Of a stretch of 58,657 bases of DNA, positions 53,029 to 58,657 are shown piece after piece. The position numbers were made by a program, and so were the translations under genes. Numbering within the stretch: the stretch's first letter is position 1; the number at the start of each line of letters is the position of its first letter. This stretch comes from a virus (lineage: Duplodnaviria; Caudoviricetes): the IMG/VR virus record IMGVR_UViG_3300030102_005689, positions 1 to 58,657 of that record; one strand, written 5' to 3'. The notes below the pieces were generated by a model. It searched no databases and was not told the DNA's origin. It was given only the letters and a program-made list of their open reading frames with translations.

Positions 53029-55266
53029 ATGGCAACGAATAAATTGCAGATGGACGGACTTGATGCCCTTGATGGGTTAGGTTCCTTAGATGAGAAGGGT
53101 AAGCCGGTTAAGAGTCGCCTTAAAGATGTGAAGAGTGCGGTGTCTCTTTTTGGGACATTGTTGAAGGCCGACGAGCAATCTGCTGCGAACCGCGCACGGG
53201 TTGACGCGATGTTTGATGGGGCGAGTCCTTATGATCAAGGCCGGCTTTCTTCCAGTGGCCAGGGTTTAAAGACGAACCTTAACTTTGGGGAGGCGCAGCG
53301 GTTGTTGGATATATCGCTTTCTGCGTATGTTGATCTTTATTCCTCGTTGGAGAAGTTGGTTGAGGTGAAGGGTACTTTGGGGGAGCCGTCTGAGATTGGG
53401 GCTTTGGAGGATATAGTTTCTGAGGAGATCACGCATTTGTTGCGTGGGTGGCCTGAGTTCCATAGTAATTATTTGCGCCTATGCACGACCTTCATTAAGC
53501 ATGGGGTTGGCGTGGCATATTTTGACACCCCTGACGATTGGCGTTTTAGGGTGGGTGGTTTCGCGGACATATTGATCCCCCGTCAGACTCCTGCGTCTGA
53601 GAACTTCATTGATGTTGCTATTGGGCGTAGGAGTTACCATCTGCATGAGCTTTATAGTTATATCAAGAACCCGAAGGCTGCTGAGAAGGTGGGTTGGGAT
53701 GTTGATGAGGTGAAGCGTGTGATGATGGAGAATGCGACATCTGATCGGCGCACTGGTGCGGATTCCTACTCGAATTGGGAGGCGTTGCAGGCTGAGTTGA
53801 AGAACAACGATGTTTATGCGGGGCATGAGAACCCGACTGTGAGTGTTTTGCATTTTTGGGTCCGTGAGATGGATGGTTCTATTTCGCATTACCTTTGTTC
53901 AGAGCGCGACCCTAAGAATTTCCTTTATAAGAAACTTTCCCGTTACGATAAGCCGGAGCAGGCGTATGTGATGTTTACTTATGGTGTGGGGTCGAATGGC
54001 ACTTACCATTCGATTCGTGGTTTGGGTCACCGTATTTTCAACCACATCCAAACGAGCAACCGTCTTCGTTGCCAGATGATTGACGGAGCTATGTTGGGTT
54101 CTGCGGTGATGATCCAGCCGGATAGCCAACGTGCGTTGGATGAGTTGGGCTTTACTTATTATGGGGCATATGCGGTCCTGTCGCCCAACGTGAATATTAT
54201 TGAGAAGGCGGTTCCTAATCTTAGCACTGCGGTTCAGCCGGCGTTGCAGGATATATCCCAGCAGCTTGCTTTGAATACGGATACTGTTAGCACCTATGGA
54301 GCGCAACAGGGATCACCTTACAGGAATCAGATGCAGGTGGTTGCTGATATGGATGTCAGCACCCGTTTGTCTGGGGCGAGTTTGAATCTTTTCTACGCGA
54401 GTTGGAACCGCTTGTTGCGTGAGGTTGTCCGCCGGATTGTTAACAATAAGAAGAACGACCCTGTTCTTAAAGATTTTTATTCCCGTTGTGAGGCGCGTGG
54501 TGTGCCTAGAGAGTTTATAAAGACCCTGGATGTGGAGCGCACCCGTGCAGTCCGTTCTATTGGCAATGGTTCTTACGCCAACCGCCTTGTAGCTTTGCGG
54601 GAGTTGCAAGCGATCAGTGGTTCCTTTGATGATGTAGGACGTAAGAACTTGACCCGCGACATTGTTTCTACCCGTGTTGGTCATGATTTGGCAGACAGGT
54701 ATACACCGCAACAGCAGGAGGCGCGCCCGACTGTGGATAATAAGATTGCCTTCTTTGAGAACCAGCAGTTGATGACGGGTTCCCCTGTCCCTGTAGTTAC
54801 AAATGAATTACATAGTGTCCATTTGCAGACACATGTCCCTGCACTTATGCAGTTGATTGAGCAGCTTAATACTGGAGCTGCTGACCCTGTGCAGGCTTTG
54901 CCGGCCTTGCAGGCATTTTACCAGCACATTGCCGAGACTGCCCAGCAGTTGGCTGCTGATCCAGCCCAAGCTGGAATGGTAGGTGAGGCAAATCAAGCCT
55001 TGCAGTTTGCTGAAGAGATGATAAATAACACAACCAAGCAGGTGCAGAAGATGCAACGCGAGGCAGCCCAAGCAGAACCGGAAGCCGGTGGTGGGGGTGA
55101 GCCACAGGTTGACCAAGCACTTGCTGCCAAGATGCAGGAACACCAAATCAAGATGCAAATTGCCCAGCAGAAAGCAGAGCTAGACATGCAGATCAAGAGA
55201 GCGAAATTTGATCAAGAGCAGGCTATGCGTGATGCGAAGAACGCAATGGAGATGACCTCCCAGTAA
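53029..55266 (+). CDS. Portal protein
   Basis: 745 aa with Gln-rich coiled-coil C-terminal barrel; precedes the small gene, scaffold and capsid. Confidence 0.8.
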   Translation: MATNKLQMDGLDALDGLGSLDEKGKPVKSRLKDVKSAVSLFGTLLKADEQSAANRARVDAMFDGASPYDQGRLSSSGQGLKTNLNFGEAQRLLDISLSAYVDLYSSLEKLVEVKGTLGEPSEIGALEDIVSEEITHLLRGWPEFHSNYLRLCTTFIKHGVGVAYFDTPDDWRFRVGGFADILIPRQTPASENFIDVAIGRRSYHLHELYSYIKNPKAAEKVGWDVDEVKRVMMENATSDRRTGADSYSNWEALQAELKNNDVYAGHENPTVSVLHFWVREMDGSISHYLCSERDPKNFLYKKLSRYDKPEQAYVMFTYGVGSNGTYHSIRGLGHRIFNHIQTSNRLRCQMIDGAMLGSAVMIQPDSQRALDELGFTYYGAYAVLSPNVNIIEKAVPNLSTAVQPALQDISQQLALNTDTVSTYGAQQGSPYRNQMQVVADMDVSTRLSGASLNLFYASWNRLLREVVRRIVNNKKNDPVLKDFYSRCEARGVPREFIKTLDVERTRAVRSIGNGSYANRLVALRELQAISGSFDDVGRKNLTRDIVSTRVGHDLADRYTPQQQEARPTVDNKIAFFENQQLMTGSPVPVVTNELHSVHLQTHVPALMQLIEQLNTGAADPVQALPALQAFYQHIAETAQQLAADPAQAGMVGEANQALQFAEEMINNTTKQVQKMQREAAQAEPEAGGGGEPQVDQALAAKMQEHQIKMQIAQQKAELDMQIKRAKFDQEQAMRDAKNAMEMTSQ

Positions 55267-55269
55267 TTT

Positions 55270-55575
55270 ATGCCCAAAGAAGTAGCCCTGCCTATCCCGC
55301 TGGAGAGGTGGTTCACGGATGTCGAGAAAATTGAGGAACTGCGAAAAGTCTTGGATTCTGAGGCTTTCCAGACGGCAGTTGCAATCCTTAAAGATATCGC
55401 CGGACCCAGCAACAGCACACTTAGCACCGACATCAATGAAAATAGTAACCGCCACGCCTGGTATGCCGGTTACCGTGACGCATTTCAGGATCTTCATAAG
55501 TTAACCAAACTTAGAGACAAAAAACAAACCGTGAACCAACCAGAAGAATGGACGCACATAGCGACACCGCAGTAG
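55270..55575 (+). CDS. Conserved small protein between portal and scaffold
   Basis: 101 aa; AWYAGYRDAF..L motif; synteny. Confidence 0.75.
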   Translation: MPKEVALPIPLERWFTDVEKIEELRKVLDSEAFQTAVAILKDIAGPSNSTLSTDINENSNRHAWYAGYRDAFQDLHKLTKLRDKKQTVNQPEEWTHIATPQ

Positions 55576-56783
55576 CCGAATCCCCCGAAGTAGCCCAAGC
55601 CGATGCACCCAATGCACTTGACCAACTACCTGATGCCAACCCCGAACCTTCCAGTTTCTCAGACGCCCTTGAGAGCGCACTTTCCCAGTTATCAGGGGAG
55701 GCGGAAGATTCGTCTAGTAGTCCCGCAGCGGTTGAAGTTGCCCAAGAGTCTCCGCAGGTTCAATCCGAGCCTGCCGTTGAATCCGAGCCTGAGCCTGAAT
55801 CCAAGGATGAACCCGCTGATAGTGCGGAAAGTGACGCGGAGGAAGCTGGAGATAAAACACCCCTCGAAAGTCTTACGGAGGATGTAGGCGACTGGACCCC
55901 TAAAGCTGCTAATCGTTTCAAGCAACTCAAGAGTGAGTTAAAGAGCAGTAACTCTGAGCTTGAGCAACTCCGGCAGACAGCTGCCCAACAGGAGCAGAAG
56001 ATTAAGGAGATGTCCGGTCTCATTGAGAACCGTGACATTGACAAGCTACAGGAGTCTGTTGCGGACTACGAATATGAGATGGCTTTCCAAAATTTGGAAG
56101 AGACTGCCTTGTATAAGCAGCAGATTTCTGAACCTTTAGCTAATTTGGTTGACCGAGCGAACCAAATTGCGGCTCACTACGATGTCAGCGACGAAGTAAT
56201 GCTGGATATCATTTCCTTGGAGGATGCTGAAGTGCAGGATAACGCATTGAAAGAGCATTTCGGTGACGCTTCTGACAGGGACCGCGCCACTCTTTACCGG
56301 ATTATTGATAGTGTTGACCCCCTCTTGGATAAGAGGCAGGAGTTGTATGACAATGTTGAGGCTGCTTTAAACGAAGCCAAAGTTTTGGAAGAGCAGCGGG
56401 AAAATGAGATATTGGCTGAGAATGCTAAGTTCCGTGCCGATGTCACCCGCAATGTAACCCAGCGAGTTACTGAGAAGCTACCCTTCCTCAGTGGTGTTGA
56501 GGGGTTGGACATGAGTGCCGTTGAGGCGAAAGCTGCTGAAATGGATCCAAGCGTTGTCCACCCTGTAGACTTTGCCTACAACGCTGTTGCAGCCCAGTTG
56601 CTCCCTATCGTTGTTCGTGAGTATATGTCTTCCCGTAAGGATGTTGACGGCTTGATGGACAAACTTTCTGAGTATGAGGATGCAGAACCCAACATGTCAG
56701 GGACACCCGCTTCTGATAGTGGTTCTCGCGCTACAGCAGGAATGAGCTTTGAACAGGCAATCAGCAACGCTTTGGGTAGCTAG
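55548..56783 (+). CDS. Capsid scaffolding protein
   Basis: Acidic disordered N-terminus, long coiled coil, synteny. Confidence 0.7.
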   Translation: MDAHSDTAVAESPEVAQADAPNALDQLPDANPEPSSFSDALESALSQLSGEAEDSSSSPAAVEVAQESPQVQSEPAVESEPEPESKDEPADSAESDAEEAGDKTPLESLTEDVGDWTPKAANRFKQLKSELKSSNSELEQLRQTAAQQEQKIKEMSGLIENRDIDKLQESVADYEYEMAFQNLEETALYKQQISEPLANLVDRANQIAAHYDVSDEVMLDIISLEDAEVQDNALKEHFGDASDRDRATLYRIIDSVDPLLDKRQELYDNVEAALNEAKVLEEQRENEILAENAKFRADVTRNVTQRVTEKLPFLSGVEGLDMSAVEAKAAEMDPSVVHPVDFAYNAVAAQLLPIVVREYMSSRKDVDGLMDKLSEYEDAEPNMSGTPASDSGSRATAGMSFEQAISNALGS

Positions 56784-56817
56784 TTGAATACTACGCTATA
56801 TTGAATTATTTTTCAGT

Positions 56818-57105
56818 ATGGCGCGGTTTAAACGACTACCTAGTGGAAGAATACTTTTTAGAGGTGAAACCTTTGCGGGTTTCAACAAACCCAAACGTGC
56901 CCCAAAAGGGAGTAAGAAGAAATTCTTTGTATTAGCCAAGCAGGGGGACAAAGTCCGTAAGATTGGTTTTGGGCACAGGGATTACCAAGACTTTACACAA
57001 CACAAAGACCCGAAGCGGAGGAAGAACTTCCGGTCTCGCCATAACTGTAAAACGGCTAAGGATAAGTTAACCGCCCGTTACTGGGCTTGTAAAAAGCTCT
57101 GGTAA
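56818..57105 (+). CDS. Small basic protein (DUF5754-like)
   Basis: KK..V.......FG...Y.DFT.HKD..RR..F..RH......A.YW....LW. Confidence 0.7.
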   Translation: MARFKRLPSGRILFRGETFAGFNKPKRAPKGSKKKFFVLAKQGDKVRKIGFGHRDYQDFTQHKDPKRRKNFRSRHNCKTAKDKLTARYWACKKLW

Positions 57106-57299
57106 TGGCTAAGAAGAGGAAAAGAAAAAGCAAATCACGGGTTAATGAGGCTGGTAATTATACCAAGCCAGGTATGCGTAAGCGTTTGTTTAAACGTATA
57201 CTGGCGGGAACCAAAGGTGGTAAAGCCGGACAGTGGTCAGCGCGTAAAGCACAAATTTTAGCCCGTGAGTATAAGAAGGCCGGTGGAGGATATAGATAA
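57105..57299 (+). CDS. Basic protein, N-half of a DUF5872-like family
   Basis: YTKP..R.....GxKGGKAGQWSARKAQ.LA.EYKK.GGGY. Confidence 0.7.
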   Translation: MAKKRKRKSKSRVNEAGNYTKPGMRKRLFKRILAGTKGGKAGQWSARKAQILAREYKKAGGGYR

Positions 57300-57616
57300 T
57301 GGCTAGGACAATGACAGAGCGACTTCTTCGCAAAGTTAAGCTGAAGAGGAAGGGTAAGGGTAAGAAAGCCCCACAGAAGTCACTTGATAGGTGGACGAAG
57401 GAAGATTGGGGAACCTCTTCTGGCAAGAAGTCTTCAGAGACAGGGGAGCGTTACTTACCAAAAGCCGCTAGAAAAGCTTTGACACCTGCTCAAATTGCGG
57501 CAGGTGATAGAAAGAAAAAAGAAGCTACTAAAAAAGGCAAGCAATACGTCCCATATACTAAAGCAGAGAAAGTTGCTTACAGAGGGGCAACCAAAAACAC
57601 AGGAAAAATGTCATGA
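57299..57616 (+). CDS. Basic protein, C-half of a DUF5872-like family
   Basis: QKSL.RWT.E.W.T......ERYLPK.A...L.......KK.....GKQYV. Confidence 0.7.
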   Translation: MARTMTERLLRKVKLKRKGKGKKAPQKSLDRWTKEDWGTSSGKKSSETGERYLPKAARKALTPAQIAAGDRKKKEATKKGKQYVPYTKAEKVAYRGATKNTGKMS

Positions 57617-57684
57617 AATATAAGCCGAAGCCGAAGACTACGCCAAAGCCTAACAAGCCAAAACCTTACAAGCTTAACAAATAG
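57613..57684 (+). CDS. 23-aa Lys/Pro peptide (not in ORF track)
   Basis: MKYKPKPKTTPKPNKPKPYKLNK; ATGA-coupled, stop 1 nt before the next ATG. Confidence 0.45.
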   Translation: MKYKPKPKTTPKPNKPKPYKLNK

Positions 57685-57685
57685 C

Positions 57686-57895
57686 ATGAAAAAGAAAGAA
57701 GAACCTTTCAAGCCCCATGATATGTATAAAGATGGGGTTGCTGTAAAAGCTAATACTGTTGAGGAACACCTCGCATTGAAAAGTGCAGGGTATGGACATG
57801 ACAAGCCGAAGAAGATAATAGCCACTATGTCTTTTAAAGAAGCGGTTAATGCCGCTAAGTCTTTTCTTGAGGCTGTTGAGTCCCAAATGAAGTAG
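57686..57895 (+). CDS. Small conserved phage protein
   Basis: FKPH.MY.......A...EEHL.LK..GY.H. Confidence 0.75.
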   Translation: MKKKEEPFKPHDMYKDGVAVKANTVEEHLALKSAGYGHDKPKKIIATMSFKEAVNAAKSFLEAVESQMK

Positions 57896-57896
57896 G

Positions 57897-58169
57897 ATGC
57901 CCTCTGATCACATCTCCAACACGGACTACCATAACCACCTTAAATCCAGCCCACACGATAACGGGTATGGGATAAGGGAGGATTATGAAGCTCTGAAAGA
58001 GCAGAAGATACAATTACAGCATCGTTGCTCCCTCTACAAAACAGGTTTACATAATGCGCTTGCTTGGCTGAAGGAGAACACTAATATGCCTGATGATGTC
58101 AAAGACAGCCACTTGGCAGAGAATATTGTGTGGGAACGCCTGAAAATTAATGAATCTGGATTGGAATAA
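57897..58169 (+). CDS. Hypothetical protein
   Basis: 90 aa in a packed operon. Confidence 0.65.
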   Translation: MPSDHISNTDYHNHLKSSPHDNGYGIREDYEALKEQKIQLQHRCSLYKTGLHNALAWLKENTNMPDDVKDSHLAENIVWERLKINESGLE

Positions 58170-58458
58170 AATTGTATGCAATGCCATTACTGTCTTAGTT
58201 GCCTCTGTATTTGTAGGAGCCGCCGCCCAGTTGTGGAGTGGCGTTCAGACTATAGATTCTAGGATAGAATCCAACCTAGTGGAGATAAAAGCCACTCAGG
58301 ATGTCCTGTCGGCTCAGATAGACCGAGCTAACGGCAAGCTGTCTGAGATATTGCCCCTCATCCTTATTGATGATACCTTTGATAAACCCCAAAAAGGGGC
58401 AAAGAATCTGATAGATGAGCGAGTGCAACGACAAATCCAACAGTCCTATCGACCCTAA
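58150..58458 (+). CDS. Membrane-anchored coiled-coil protein
   Basis: N-terminal TM helix; overlaps the start of the gene at 19..348 on the circle. Confidence 0.7.
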   Translation: MNLDWNKIVCNAITVLVASVFVGAAAQLWSGVQTIDSRIESNLVEIKATQDVLSAQIDRANGKLSEILPLILIDDTFDKPQKGAKNLIDERVQRQIQQSYRP

Positions 58459-58657
58459 GTTCCTTATTTCCCTGCTCGTAGGGTTGGCTGTGCAAGCAGG
58501 TGGTATTGTTTGGTGGGCTTCTAAGCTACAATCGGAAGTCCAGCACAATGACTTCCAGATCAAGATGATCGCTAAGGACGTTGCTAAGAACTCAGAGTTT
58601 ACAGAACTCTGGCCTGCCGGCAAGTGGGGTAGTGGGTCTTTACCCTCTGATGTCAGG
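58397..58657. repeat. Terminal redundancy, right copy
   Basis: Matches 1-261. Confidence 0.95.

Noticed and set aside
1-58657. Integrase, reverse transcriptase/DGR, phage RNA polymerase or stop-codon reassignment
   Set aside because: No such motifs recognised; long genes are intact under the standard code and all three stop codons are used

Overview
This window is an apparently complete ~58.4 kb circularly permuted dsDNA tailed-phage genome; bases 58397-58657 re-enter bases 1-261. It looks podovirus-like: portal, scaffold, major capsid, TerL and very large internal virion proteins are present, but I see no tape measure, sheath, integrase, RNA polymerase, tRNA or CRISPR array. Layout: (+) 51.9-58.6 kb and 0-14 kb head, structural and lysis genes; (-) 14-23.5 kb replication operon (primase-helicase, PolA, SSB-like, Cas4-like nuclease, SNF2 helicase, RuvC-like, TerS-like); (+) 23.5-37.4 kb TerL and ejection-type proteins including a 3030-aa giant; (-) 37.4-51.7 kb early/accessory region. 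Main observations: (1) a C5 cytosine methyltransferase split across two fully overlapping ~500-codon frames with start ATGs 4 nt apart, where the second frame carries seven WxT(P/A) repeat modules plus a motif-IX-like segment; (2) a ~210-nt multi-hairpin leader with duplicated motifs upstream of the capsid gene; (3) early genes or gene blocks bracketed by exact 18-24 bp direct repeats that duplicate gene starts or ends; (4) two related AT-rich palindromes on roughly opposite sides of the genome, one inside inverted iteron-like repeats; (5) a terminal overlap whose ~23 mismatches are all synonymous. All family assignments come from motif recognition by eye, not database searches.
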